Assembly (NCBI GenBank): GCA_002327985.1
Contig: DCVM01000181.1
Coordinates: 24,528-88,527 of the forward strand
Length of the DNA stretch: 64,000 nucleotides
DNA from: Syntrophaceae bacterium UBA2188
GTDB lineage: Bacteria > Desulfobacterota > BSN033 > UBA1163
Direction: 5' to 3'
In this document: positions 1-9,776 of the stretch, piece after piece
How positions within the stretch are numbered: the stretch's first letter is position 1
Layout of the letters: each line of letters opens with the position of its first letter
Program-made: the position numbers and the translations under genes
The notes under the pieces: generated by a model
What the model saw: the letters and a program-made list of their open reading frames with translations, nothing else
What the model was told of the DNA's origin: nothing
Databases searched by the model: none

Positions 1-73
1 AAAATCACAGCCGCTCCCGTATCGTCACAGGATGTCTCAATCGCTAAAACCCGCATCAAAATCTCCTAAAATC

Positions 74-583
74 TTAGAAGGTTATGGCAATGAAGCCCTT
101 GCCTACCGGCGGGCAGTTGTTTGGTTTAGGGTTAACAAAATGGGCCTCCTTCCCTAACCTCATGCCCGGATCTCCCTCGCTTCGAAACGATTTAAGAGGC
201 CATATTAGGCTTAAGATGAGGTAAATGACCCATAGCCAAATTAAGACAATGATGATTGCAGCGATCCAGTTTTTGGGTTTTTTATTTAAGAAATCAGACT
301 GTACCTTTGCTCTACATTCTTCCAATATATCTCCGGGAATGATTTTGATGAGAAGGACAATCCCTGTTGAAACAATGATGAGATCATCCAGATATCCTAC
401 AAGAGGTATAAAATCTGGAATGAGATCGATGGGGCTCAACGCATAACCGATAATGAGCGCTGCCAAGGCTTTTGCATACCAAGGTGTCCTGGGATGCTTG
501 GTGGCTAAATAAATAGCGCAACCCTCACTTTTTAATTGCTTTGATTTAGTTTTCCACAATTTAAAATCTATGTTCCAAGTCAT
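74..583 (-). CDS. DUF1232/YkvA-like small integral membrane protein
   Basis: 169 aa ORF; motif YLATKHPRTPWYAKALAALIIGYALSPIDLIPDFIPLVGYLDD typical of DUF1232; 3 predicted TM segments. Confidence 0.5.
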   Translation of the reverse strand: MTWNIDFKLWKTKSKQLKSEGCAIYLATKHPRTPWYAKALAALIIGYALSPIDLIPDFIPLVGYLDDLIIVSTGIVLLIKIIPGDILEECRAKVQSDFLNKKPKNWIAAIIIVLIWLWVIYLILSLIWPLKSFRSEGDPGMRLGKEAHFVNPKPNNCPPVGKGFIAITF

Positions 584-609
584 TCATAGAACCAAACAAA
601 TGGGCAGGT

Positions 610-1317
610 TTATTTTAAAAAAAGTATTGGGTCAAGTGCCTTATTGTTTTTTCGGATTTCAAAATGGAGGTGGGGGCCTGAAGTTCTTCCTGTCTGGCCC
701 ACCTTTCCGATGATCTGTCCCTTCTCTACCCATGTCCCCTCTTCTACCAGGTTTATCTGATTGTGCGCATAAACCGTAATGTATTCCTCGGAATGCCGAA
801 GGATGATTAAATTTCCATATCCCTTGATGGTATCATTGGCATAGATAACCCTCCCGGCGTTTGAAGCTTTAATCGGTGTCCCAATAGAAGAGGAGATATC
901 AATCCCCTGATGTCTTTTATCCTCCGCCTCTTCAAACACCTTGCTGACCGTTCCTTCCACTGGCCAGATGAAACCAAAATCTTTATAGGCGATCTTTTCT
1001 TTCTCCGCTGGTTCAACTAAGACATCCTCAATATAGATTTCTACTTTTAAAACCTTTTTTGCCCCTGGAATAAAAATTCGTTGACCGGTCTGAATTTTAC
1101 TTGGATCCGCAATCCCATTGAGCGTGGCCACCTTTTTGAGATCAACGTCATAGGTCTTACAAATACGATAGAGGGTTTGATGCCTCTCCACCACGTGATA
1201 AACCCCTTTCTTCTCGCGAGCGGAAGGGGTTTGCTCGAACGGGACCTTATGCTTTGCACATCCGCCAATGAGGAAAATGACCGAAAGGAATGCAAAACAT
1301 AGAATATTTTTTAACAT
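610..1317 (-). CDS. LysM + M23 peptidase lipoprotein (NlpD/LytM-like)
   Basis: Lipobox LIGGC after signal peptide; LysM segment (HQTLYRICKTYDVDLKKVATLNGI); M23 motifs GIDISSSIGTPIKASNAGRV and GPHLHFEIR. Confidence 0.8.
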   Translation of the reverse strand: MLKNILCFAFLSVIFLIGGCAKHKVPFEQTPSAREKKGVYHVVERHQTLYRICKTYDVDLKKVATLNGIADPSKIQTGQRIFIPGAKKVLKVEIYIEDVLVEPAEKEKIAYKDFGFIWPVEGTVSKVFEEAEDKRHQGIDISSSIGTPIKASNAGRVIYANDTIKGYGNLIILRHSEEYITVYAHNQINLVEEGTWVEKGQIIGKVGQTGRTSGPHLHFEIRKNNKALDPILFLK

Positions 1318-1449
1318 CCCACTTTAAAAAATGAAGTATTTTATCAGAAGTTAAAGTTAAAGTTAAAGCTACAGCTACTCAAAATCCTCTTCTAAAAAGA
1401 AACGACCTCTCATGCCATCCTTTGTTATTTATTGTTCATTGTTATTTAT

Positions 1450-2115
1450 TCACTCGTTTTCCCACCCATATTTCCCAATCAGTTTGACGAATCGGCAGCC
1501 GCCCAAGTCCTCTTTTTTTACACCCTTTTCTGTCTTGGTCACCCGGAATAAATCTTGAACAAAAGCATCCCCCACAGGAATAACCAACCTCCCGCCCATC
1601 GTCAATTGTTCGATCAGGGGTTGGGGAATCTCAGGAGACCCTGCCGTGACGATGATCGCATCGAACGGGCTTTCCTCCATCCATCCAAAGGTCCCATCGA
1701 AAATTTTGATTTCGACATTAAAATACCCCAATTCATAGAGTAACTTCCTCGCCCGGATGGCCAAGGAACGAATCCTTTCAATGGAAAAAACTTTCTCGGA
1801 CAATTCACCAAGGATAGCTGTCTGGTATCCGGAGCCGGTCCCGATCTCTAACACTTTTTCTTTTCCGGTGAGCAGCAGTGCCTCTGTCATCATGGCGACC
1901 ATATAGGGTTGGGAAATGGTTTGCTTCTCTCCAATAGGCAGGGGATGGTCGCTATAGGCTTGGTTTTGGAGGGCTTCCTCTACGAAAAGGTGGCGAGGAA
2001 TTTTCTTCATTGCAGAAATCAGTTTAGCGTCTTCAATTCCTCTGGAGGCAATCTGCTCTTCCACCATCTTCAACCTTGCCTTCGGAAAATCAATCATCCT
2101 CTTAAAACCCCACAT
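1450..2115 (-). CDS. pcm: protein-L-isoaspartate O-methyltransferase
   Basis: SAM-MTase motif [26 protein letters not shown]; length 221 aa (true start may be a few codons in). Confidence 0.8.
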   Translation of the reverse strand: MWGFKRMIDFPKARLKMVEEQIASRGIEDAKLISAMKKIPRHLFVEEALQNQAYSDHPLPIGEKQTISQPYMVAMMTEALLLTGKEKVLEIGTGSGYQTAILGELSEKVFSIERIRSLAIRARKLLYELGYFNVEIKIFDGTFGWMEESPFDAIIVTAGSPEIPQPLIEQLTMGGRLVIPVGDAFVQDLFRVTKTEKGVKKEDLGGCRFVKLIGKYGWENE

Positions 2116-2150
2116 TCGGATTGAAGATTGCGGATTGCGGATTGCGGATT
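2113..2150. repeat. tandem heptamer repeat (ATTGCGG)n, ~5 copies, intergenic pcm-mutS
   Basis: cattcgg attgaag attgcgg attgcgg attgcgg att read directly. Confidence 0.5.
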
Positions 2151-2163
2151 TGAAAAGAATCTT

Positions 2164-4770
2164 TCATTCTTCCTTCTCCGCTTTTTTCTTCAATTCATCC
2201 AGGATATTTAAAGCTTCAAGAGGGGTTATTTGATCGGTCCTGACCTTCTTCAACTCGGACCGTATCGAATCAGCCTGAGCAAAGAGAGAGGGCTGAAAAG
2301 GAGGCTTGGGCTTCAGGGTCTGTATCTTTGTGGTGGCGATCTTCGGCATCCCCATGGCATCCAACTCCCCCTTCTCCAGATTGGATAGAATTTCTTTGGC
2401 CCGATCAATCACCCTTTGCGGAAGGCCTGCCAATCGGGCCACTTGAATCCCATAGCTTCTATTGGTTCCCCCTTCGATGATCTTTCTCAGAAAGATAATT
2501 TCCCCGCCCCACTCTTTCACTGCCACATTGTAATTTTTCACCCTTTCTTTGGTGAGGGCTAATTCGGTCAATTCATGGTAGTGTGTCGCAAAAAGGGTCT
2601 TCGGCCTGAGCGAGGGATGATCGTGAAGATATTCCACCACGGCCCAGGCGATACTCAAGCCATCAAAGGTACTGGTCCCTCTCCCGATTTCATCTAAAAT
2701 GACGAGACTCTTCGAGGTGGCTTGGTTTAAAATGCGAGCCGTTTCAGTCATCTCCACCATGAAGGTGCTCTGTCCCCTCATGATATTATCCAGAGCGCCT
2801 ATCCGGGTGAAGATTCGATCCACCACTCCAATCGTTGCTTCGCTGGCTGGAACAAAACACCCCATTTGGGCCATCAAAATAATAAGGGCCACCTGTCTGA
2901 TATAGGTCGACTTGCCCGCCATATTCGGCCCGGTGATGATGAGAATCTGATGTCCTTGAGAATCCATTTGTGTGTCATTGGGAACAAATCTTTCTGAAAG
3001 TCCCATTCTCTCCAAAACGGGATGTCTCCCATCACGGAGGATGATCTCATCCCCTTCTTCCATAATGGGCCGGACGTAGTTATACCGATCAGCAATCTCC
3101 GCCATCGAACCCAAAATATCTATGACGGCAATGGCTGAAGCCGTTCTTTGGAGCCTCACCGTTTCTTCTGAAACCTTTTTCCGAATTTCTTCGAAAAGTC
3201 GATATTCGAGTTGACAGATTGCTTCTTCAGCCCCCAAAACTTTGGTTTCAAATTCCTTGAGTTCTGGGGTGATGAAACGCTCTGCATTGACCAAAGTCTG
3301 TTTTCTGATGTAATGGTCCGGGACGAGGGAAAGATGACCCTTGGTCACTTCAATATAATACCCGAAGACTTGATTATATCGAACTTTCAAAGAGGAAATC
3401 CCTGTCTTTTTCCTCTCCTCTGCTTCCAATTGGAGGATCCATCCCTTCCCCTCCCGGCCGATCTCTCTTAAGGCATCCAATTCCTGGTCATAGTTTTGTT
3501 TGATGATCCTTCCCTCTCTGATCGTCAAAGGCGGGTTATCCACGATTGAGGATTCAAGAAGCTGAAAAAGGTCGTCAAAATTCTCAATCTTTGATGCGAA
3601 CTCCTCGATCACAGGAACAGTGAAGGGCTGGAGCTTTGTTTTGAGAAGAGGCAAGTTTTGAAGTGAATTTTTTAATCCGACCAGGTCTCGAGCATTGGCA
3701 TGTCCAAGGAAAATTCGTGAAGTCAATCGTTCAATGTCCTGAATCCCTTTTAAGGCTTCTCTCAGTTGCTTCCTTTCGATCTTCTTCTCTTTCAGTTCAG
3801 AGACCCCTTCCAGACGGCAAAGGATCTCCTTGACATCGATCAGGGGATAATTTAACCACTGTTTCAATGTCCGACTTCCCATGAGGGTGATGGTCTCATC
3901 CAAAAGCCAAAAGAGAGACCCTCTCTTACCCTGCTCATAAAGGGATTGAGTCAACTCCAAATTTCTCTTCGTCACTTCATCGATGACCATAAAATCTTGG
4001 ACCTGATAAAACGAGAGGGGCCGGATGTGTGAGATCGGCTTTTTTTGGTTTTCCTCGGCATAGTGAAGAACCAGGGCTACGGCCTGGGCAGCCAAAGGTG
4101 CCTTCTGAAGGATTGGAATCCGTTCATGCTCATTGAAAGACGAAATGGCATCGAATGTTGGATCCTCTAAATAGGTGACCAAAGCATTCTCAAAATTCTT
4201 TTTATATCCTTCAAAACAGGGATGTTCCTGAAATCTCTTCAACGATAAGATTTCTTTGGGTTCATTTCGAAGGGCCTCATTGAGAAAGGGTTCAAACCCT
4301 GATACCTGGCAGGCTTTCAATTCACCTGTCGAGATATCTAAAAAGGCAAGCCCGAAGACCTCTCCCTCCGCGCAGAATCCCATTAAATAATTATTTTCTC
4401 CTGTTCCTAATGGAAGGATGTCCGTCACCAGACCTGGTGTAAAAACCCTGACCACCTCTCTCTTCACAATCCCCTTTGCAAGCTTTGGGTCTTCGACCTG
4501 ATCACAGAGAGCGACTTTATATCCTTTCTGTAATAGCCTGGAGATATATGTTTCAGCCGCAAAATAGGGAACCCCGCAAAGGGGGACACTGTCTTTCTGG
4601 CCTTTATCTCTTGAGGTTAATGCAATGTCCAGTTCTCGAGAACCGATACGGGCATCCTCAAAGAACATCTCATAGAAATCCCCCATCCGAAAGAAAAGAA
4701 TGGCATCCGGATATTGACTCTTGATCTGGAGATATTGTTGGATCATGGGGGTCAAAGGTTTTGCCGTCAT
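2164..4770 (-). CDS. mutS: DNA mismatch repair protein MutS
   Basis: 868 aa; N-term MIQQYLQIKSQYPDAILFFRMGDFYEMFFEDA; Walker A GPNMAGKST; C-term MutS domain V. Confidence 0.9.
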   Translation of the reverse strand: MTAKPLTPMIQQYLQIKSQYPDAILFFRMGDFYEMFFEDARIGSRELDIALTSRDKGQKDSVPLCGVPYFAAETYISRLLQKGYKVALCDQVEDPKLAKGIVKREVVRVFTPGLVTDILPLGTGENNYLMGFCAEGEVFGLAFLDISTGELKACQVSGFEPFLNEALRNEPKEILSLKRFQEHPCFEGYKKNFENALVTYLEDPTFDAISSFNEHERIPILQKAPLAAQAVALVLHYAEENQKKPISHIRPLSFYQVQDFMVIDEVTKRNLELTQSLYEQGKRGSLFWLLDETITLMGSRTLKQWLNYPLIDVKEILCRLEGVSELKEKKIERKQLREALKGIQDIERLTSRIFLGHANARDLVGLKNSLQNLPLLKTKLQPFTVPVIEEFASKIENFDDLFQLLESSIVDNPPLTIREGRIIKQNYDQELDALREIGREGKGWILQLEAEERKKTGISSLKVRYNQVFGYYIEVTKGHLSLVPDHYIRKQTLVNAERFITPELKEFETKVLGAEEAICQLEYRLFEEIRKKVSEETVRLQRTASAIAVIDILGSMAEIADRYNYVRPIMEEGDEIILRDGRHPVLERMGLSERFVPNDTQMDSQGHQILIITGPNMAGKSTYIRQVALIILMAQMGCFVPASEATIGVVDRIFTRIGALDNIMRGQSTFMVEMTETARILNQATSKSLVILDEIGRGTSTFDGLSIAWAVVEYLHDHPSLRPKTLFATHYHELTELALTKERVKNYNVAVKEWGGEIIFLRKIIEGGTNRSYGIQVARLAGLPQRVIDRAKEILSNLEKGELDAMGMPKIATTKIQTLKPKPPFQPSLFAQADSIRSELKKVRTDQITPLEALNILDELKKKAEKEE

Positions 4771-4895
4771 TTGGAAAATAATCTAACAGAATCTAAGAGG
4801 GATGTAAAATGGAAAGCGAAAAGTTTGGTGAAAGAAGGATCTCTTGTTTGAGGCTTTAAGATAGGGGTTGCTTTTGACGCGATGCGCCCTCCATC

Positions 4896-5936
4896 TTACG
4901 GAGCAAGCGGTGACAATTGGAGGCCCATGGTTTCAGGGTATCCTAACATAATATTCATATTTTGGACCGCCTCCCCCGATGCGCCTTTGACCAAATTATC
5001 GATGGCCGTCACGATGACCGCCCGGTCACCTTTCTCACTCACTGCCGCGCCGATATCACAAAAATTGGAACCCCTTACGTCCTTGGTATGAGGAAGCTTC
5101 CCTTTGGAATAAATCCGGATGAAAGGCTCTCCTTGGTAATGATCCTGAAAGGCATGGAGTAGTTCCTCGGTCTTCATTTTTTTCATAAGATGGACATAAA
5201 GGGTGGACAAAATTCCCCGGTCCATGGGAATGAGATGGGGAACAAAGGTCACTCTGATCTCCTTCTGGGCGATTTGGCTCAATTCCTGTTCGATCTCAGG
5301 GGTGTGCCGATGAGCAAAGATCTTGTAAGCCTTCACTCCCTCATTGACCTCGCAGAAGAGAGACTCCAGAACCACATCTCTGCCTGCACCGCTGACACCC
5401 GATTTCGAATCCACAACAATACCCTCAAGGGAGATAAGCCCTTTCTTCACCAAGGGAATTAAACCGATTAATGCCCCCGTAGGATAACAACCTGGATTTC
5501 CAACAATCTTCGCTTTTTGAATCTTTTCCCGGTACAGCTCAGGCAAACCATAAACCGATTCTGGCAGTAAATCGGCCGCGGTATGTTTCTGGTACCACTT
5601 TTCATAGATACCCGCATCTTTAAATCGAAAGTCTGCGCTCAGATCGATCACCCTCTTCCCTTGCCGATAAAATAATGGGACCGTCTCCATAGCGGTTTTA
5701 TGAGGAACTGCTGTGAAAATAAAATCTGTTTTTTTTGAAATTTTTTCCACATCCAGTTCTTCACACTTCAAAGGAAGATGTTTCATCAGAGATGGGAAGA
5801 CCTGATCAATAGGAACTCCAGCATATTTCTGTGAGGTTAATGCTGTAATTTCGACCTCAGGGTGACGGGCCAATAAACGGAGAAGTTCCAGCCCCGTATA
5901 CCCCGTTGCTCCAATGATTCCCACTTTCGTCTTCAT
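4896..5936 (-). CDS. argC: N-acetyl-gamma-glutamyl-phosphate reductase
   Basis: 346 aa; MKTKVGIIGATGYTGLELLRLL N-term; catalytic Cys region NPGCYPT. Confidence 0.85.
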   Translation of the reverse strand: MKTKVGIIGATGYTGLELLRLLARHPEVEITALTSQKYAGVPIDQVFPSLMKHLPLKCEELDVEKISKKTDFIFTAVPHKTAMETVPLFYRQGKRVIDLSADFRFKDAGIYEKWYQKHTAADLLPESVYGLPELYREKIQKAKIVGNPGCYPTGALIGLIPLVKKGLISLEGIVVDSKSGVSGAGRDVVLESLFCEVNEGVKAYKIFAHRHTPEIEQELSQIAQKEIRVTFVPHLIPMDRGILSTLYVHLMKKMKTEELLHAFQDHYQGEPFIRIYSKGKLPHTKDVRGSNFCDIGAAVSEKGDRAVIVTAIDNLVKGASGEAVQNMNIMLGYPETMGLQLSPLAP

Positions 5937-6037
5937 AAATCACCTCTTCACGGTTCCTTGAGTTCATGGGGTTTATGGAGTTCGTTGGGTTTACTCAGTT
6001 AACCCAAGAAACCCAATCACCCAATAAGCCGATTAAC

Positions 6038-6069
6038 AAAAAAAGGGAGGTACCATGACCTCCCTTTTT
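6038..6069 (-). terminator. rho-independent terminator downstream of rpsI (bidirectional hairpin)
   Basis: gggaggt-accatg-acctccc stem (7 bp) flanked by A-run upstream and T-run downstream on + strand, i.e. hairpin followed by T-run on the minus strand. Confidence 0.5.
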
Positions 6070-6093
6070 GCACCGATTCATTTGGTCATGGAA

Positions 6094-6483
6094 TTATCGC
6101 TTCGAGTATTGAGGTCTTCGTCTGGCTCCTCTTCTACCGTATTTCTTCCGCTCTTTGACTCTTGAATCCCTTGTGAGAAAACCAGCTTTTTTTAGAGCAT
6201 CCTTAAGATCAGGATTGTATTGAAGAAGGGCTTTTGCAATGCCGTGGCGAATGGCAACGGATTGCCCGGAAATCCCTCCTCCATGAACATTCACGGTCAC
6301 ATCAAATTGATTTCGGGTTCCTGTAATATCGAGGGGCTGAAGAATAACCATTTCGCAGGTTTCTCTCCCAAAATATTCTTTCAGGGCCCTCTCGTTGATC
6401 ACAAACTTTCCTTCTCCAGGCTCAAGCCAAACCCTTGCAATCGATGTCTTTCTTTTCCCTGTCGCATAAATGGGCTCTTTCAC
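6094..6483 (-). CDS. rpsI: 30S ribosomal protein S9
   Basis: 129 aa, [12 protein letters not shown] ... C-terminal [13 protein letters not shown]. Confidence 0.9.
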   Translation of the reverse strand: MKEPIYATGKRKTSIARVWLEPGEGKFVINERALKEYFGRETCEMVILQPLDITGTRNQFDVTVNVHGGGISGQSVAIRHGIAKALLQYNPDLKDALKKAGFLTRDSRVKERKKYGRRGARRRPQYSKR

Positions 6484-6502
6484 GTTCTTTCACTCCTTTT
6501 TC

Positions 6503-6550
6503 ACCCCCACCCTCGCCCTCCCCCCTTGAGGGGGAGGGTGGGGAGGGGGG
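6503..6550. repeat. GC-rich hairpin repeat element (family copy a), between rpsI and rplM
   Basis: ccctccccc-ttga-gggggaggg 9-bp stem plus extended G/C arms; shares YTTGAKGGRGAGGG core with copies at 37355, 59172, 59314. Confidence 0.5.
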
Positions 6551-6563
6551 CTATTATAATTTT

Positions 6564-6995
6564 TTATTTCGGTTCAAGCGGAATCGGCTTTTGAGCCTCG
6601 TGGGGGTGATTCGGACCTGGATAGACCTTTAGCTTTCGAAGCATTTGACGGCCCAAACTATTTTTAGGAAGCATCCCTCTCACCGCCATCCTGATCATCT
6701 CAGTGGGTTTTTTCGCCAAGAGCTTTTCGGCATTGATCTCTTTAATTCCACCGGGATGACCCGTATGATGGTAATAGACCTTATCCTTCATTTTTTTGCC
6801 AGTGAGGATCACCTTCCCTGCATTGACCAGAATGACAAAATCTCCTGTATCCATATGAGGGGTATAAGTGGGCTTGTTTTTCCCTTTCAATATTTTTGCC
6901 AACTCTGTGGCCAGTCTCCCCAAAACTTTCCCCTTGGCATCCACCAGATACCATTGAGGGTTTAATTCTTCTTTTTTAGCTTGATAGGTTTTCAT
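6564..6995 (-). CDS. rplM: 50S ribosomal protein L13
   Basis: 143 aa; [29 protein letters not shown] canonical L13 N-terminus. Confidence 0.9.
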   Translation of the reverse strand: MKTYQAKKEELNPQWYLVDAKGKVLGRLATELAKILKGKNKPTYTPHMDTGDFVILVNAGKVILTGKKMKDKVYYHHTGHPGGIKEINAEKLLAKKPTEMIRMAVRGMLPKNSLGRQMLRKLKVYPGPNHPHEAQKPIPLEPK

Positions 6996-7058
6996 ATTAT
7001 CCCGTCACAAAAGATTTAATATATTTCCTCGGGGGTTGTCAATAATCCCTCTCAACCA

Positions 7059-7970
7059 TCACCTTCTTCTTTTCAGGGTAATATGGTGATGCCATAATAG
7101 GACAGTTGGGCTGGCAATATAGATCGTTGAATAAGTGCCTGATATGAGTCCAATGATCATAGCCGTTGTAAAATCGTGAATGACCGGTCCTCCAAAAAAG
7201 AAAAGAATAAGGATCACCATCATGACCGTGCCTGAAGTTAATATCGTCCTTCCGAGAGTCTCGTTGATACTAACATTAAAGATCGTCTCTAATTTCTCTT
7301 TTCTCATCTTTTTGATATTCTCTCTGACCCGGTCAAAGATCACAATGGTATCGTTGATTGAGAAACCAATGATCGTCATGATCACAGCAAGAAGAGGCAA
7401 TGAGAACTCTAAATCGAAAATAGAAATGGCGCCAAACGTGACAATAATATCGTGGATTAAAGCCACAATCCCCCCGAGGCCATAAGAGAATTGTCGAAAC
7501 CGAAAACCAACATAAATCAACATCCCTAAGAAAGAAAGTCCCATCGCCCATATGGCTTTTGTCTTTAAATCCTTCCCCACTTTTGGACCGACCACTTCGG
7601 CTCTGCGAACTTCCAATATCTTGTCTTTAAATCTCCCCTGAAGGGAGGTTTGGATGGTCTTCGATATCTCTTCTAAATCCTCAGAGGCCTTTTCCACTCG
7701 AATCAAGAATTCGTTTTCCTCTCCAAAATTCTGAACCATGGCATCTTTCAAACCCATGGCTCCCAGGGTGTTTCGCACTTCAGAGATGTCTACCGTTTGA
7801 GAAAATTTAATCTGGAGTAGGATACCCCCCGCAAAATCGACTCCATATCTCAACCCGCCATGGAAAAAGATGGAACCGAGGCTGATAAGAATCGCTATCG
7901 CTGAAACCCAGACGGTAAATTTCCTCTTTCCAATAAAGTCGAAACGGGTATCCGGACGGATTAATTCCAT
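7059..7970 (-). CDS. secF: protein translocase subunit SecF
   Basis: 303 aa, six TM segments, SecD/SecF family motifs; immediately downstream of secD. Confidence 0.85.
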   Translation of the reverse strand: MELIRPDTRFDFIGKRKFTVWVSAIAILISLGSIFFHGGLRYGVDFAGGILLQIKFSQTVDISEVRNTLGAMGLKDAMVQNFGEENEFLIRVEKASEDLEEISKTIQTSLQGRFKDKILEVRRAEVVGPKVGKDLKTKAIWAMGLSFLGMLIYVGFRFRQFSYGLGGIVALIHDIIVTFGAISIFDLEFSLPLLAVIMTIIGFSINDTIVIFDRVRENIKKMRKEKLETIFNVSINETLGRTILTSGTVMMVILILFFFGGPVIHDFTTAMIIGLISGTYSTIYIASPTVLLWHHHITLKRRR

Positions 7971-7991
7971 AAAAAAGATTCACCTCTGCAG

Positions 7992-9590
7992 TTAAATGCT
8001 CAGTTGCTTCACCTTCACTTGAAGGGTTAGAAAATCGAAGACCCATCTCGTGATATAAACCGCCGTAAAAATGTTAGCCAAAATTCCAATGCACAGGGTG
8101 ACTGCAAACCCTCTCACAGGACCTGTTCCGAATTGATAAAGGAGGATTCCTGCAATCAACGTGGTCAAATTTGAATCAATAATGGTTATAAAAGCCCGAT
8201 GATAACCCTGATCAATAGCCGCTCGAATGGTTTTTCCCCATCTCAATTCCTCCTTAATCCTTTCGTGAATCAAAATGTTGGCATCCACAGCCATTCCAAC
8301 AGAAAGGACCAGGCCTGCAATGCCGGGAAGAGTGAGGGTGGCACGGAAAATAGCAAGGGCGGCTAAGATGAAAATGATATTAAGGAGGAGGGCCATATCG
8401 GCAATGACTCCTGCCGCGCGATAATAAAAAACCATGAAAAGGGCGACGAGGGCTGCGCTAATGAGTGTGGAGAGGATTCCCTTCCGGATAGAATCCTGTC
8501 CGAGGGAAGGCCCCACGGTCCTCTCCTCGATGATCTTTACCGGTGCGGGCAACGCTCCCGCCCTGAGGACAATCGCCAATTCATTGGCTTCATCCGTCGT
8601 AAAACGACCGGTGATTTGAGCCCTTCCCCCTGATATCCTTTCTTGGATGACCGGGGCGGAATAGACCGTATCATCCAAAATAATGGCCAATCTCTTTTTC
8701 ACATTGGCCCCTGTGATCTGCTCAAATAATTTCGCTCCAATGTCATCAAACTCTAAAGCGATGTACGGTTCATGAAATTGTGACTCGAGGGCCACTCGGG
8801 CATCCTTGAGGACCTCACCGGTCATCAGGGTCTTCTCTTTTAAAAGATGAGGAACCTTTCTCACTCCTCCCGTCTTGGGGTCCACAACCCGTTGATAGAG
8901 AATGATATCCCCCTCAGGAACATTCCCCTTTAAGGCGGCCTCAAGATCTCCTTCCTCGTCCCAGAGTTTAAACTCTAATAGAGCGGTTCGCCCTATTAAA
9001 CTTTTTGCTCTCTCTGGATCTTTGATCCCAGGGAGTTGAATCAGGATACGATCTGTGCCTTGAAGTGTAATCTCAGGTTCGGACACGCCAAATTGGTCGA
9101 TTCGATTCCGGATGGTCTCTAAGGCTTGATCAATAGCACTCTTTTTAATCTGGTCTGCTTGCTTGCTATCCAGGACAAGAATTATTCTCCATATGCCTCC
9201 GCCAATCTCTGAGGCAGAGAGTTCATGCATAGCAGAATACCGTTCACTTAGAAGTTTCTCCCATTTCCCCTTTTCTCCTGAGACTTCCAGGACAATCTGA
9301 TCCCCCTTCTCTCTCTCCACTTTTCCAGCAGGGATGCCCCGATCTCTTAAATCATCCTTCAGATTATTTTTTATCCTTTCGACATAACTCTCTACCGCCT
9401 TGTCTGCTTCCGCTTCAAGAATAAGGTGCATCCCCCCCTGTAAATCGAGTCCTAAGTGGATCTTATCGGCTGGAATAACTTTTGTATACCATGAAGGGAG
9501 TTGAGAAGTGATGGTCGGGAGTAACAGGAGAATCGCAAAAAGAGTGATCGCCGCATAAAGGATAAATTTCCATCTTAAACTCTTTAACAT
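7992..9590 (-). CDS. secD: protein translocase subunit SecD
   Basis: 532 aa; N-terminal TM, large periplasmic domain, C-terminal 5 TM bundle (LSVGMAVDANILIHERI). Confidence 0.85.
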   Translation of the reverse strand: MLKSLRWKFILYAAITLFAILLLLPTITSQLPSWYTKVIPADKIHLGLDLQGGMHLILEAEADKAVESYVERIKNNLKDDLRDRGIPAGKVEREKGDQIVLEVSGEKGKWEKLLSERYSAMHELSASEIGGGIWRIILVLDSKQADQIKKSAIDQALETIRNRIDQFGVSEPEITLQGTDRILIQLPGIKDPERAKSLIGRTALLEFKLWDEEGDLEAALKGNVPEGDIILYQRVVDPKTGGVRKVPHLLKEKTLMTGEVLKDARVALESQFHEPYIALEFDDIGAKLFEQITGANVKKRLAIILDDTVYSAPVIQERISGGRAQITGRFTTDEANELAIVLRAGALPAPVKIIEERTVGPSLGQDSIRKGILSTLISAALVALFMVFYYRAAGVIADMALLLNIIFILAALAIFRATLTLPGIAGLVLSVGMAVDANILIHERIKEELRWGKTIRAAIDQGYHRAFITIIDSNLTTLIAGILLYQFGTGPVRGFAVTLCIGILANIFTAVYITRWVFDFLTLQVKVKQLSI

Positions 9591-9698
9591 CGAATAACGC
9601 TCCTATTTCTTCCCCTTGACAAAATGAAACCAAGGGCCTTCCTGCACCCTTGGGTTTTTAAACATAGCCCATCAAGAAACATTTTGCAAGTAAAAATT

Positions 9699-9749
9699 AC
9701 CCCCCACCTTATTCCTCCCCCACCAGCGGGAGGAGGAAAGGAGGGGGGC
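9699..9749. repeat. GC-rich C-run/G-run hairpin element (family copy b, degenerate), between acyl-CoA synthetase and secD
   Basis: ccccccaccttattcctccccc ... gggaggaggaaaggagggggg; imperfect inverted C/G arms; lacks the TTGA core. Confidence 0.35.
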
Positions 9750-9776
9750 AAATTTTAAAGCTGAAATAAAGGACGG

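Noticed and set aside
6220-6632. Plus-strand ORFs 6220-6594 and 6435-6632 (PPLRGRVGRG, SPPPSPSPLEGEGGEGG)
   Set aside because: They are translations of the GC-rich hairpin repeat and the antisense of rpsI; they are not genes.
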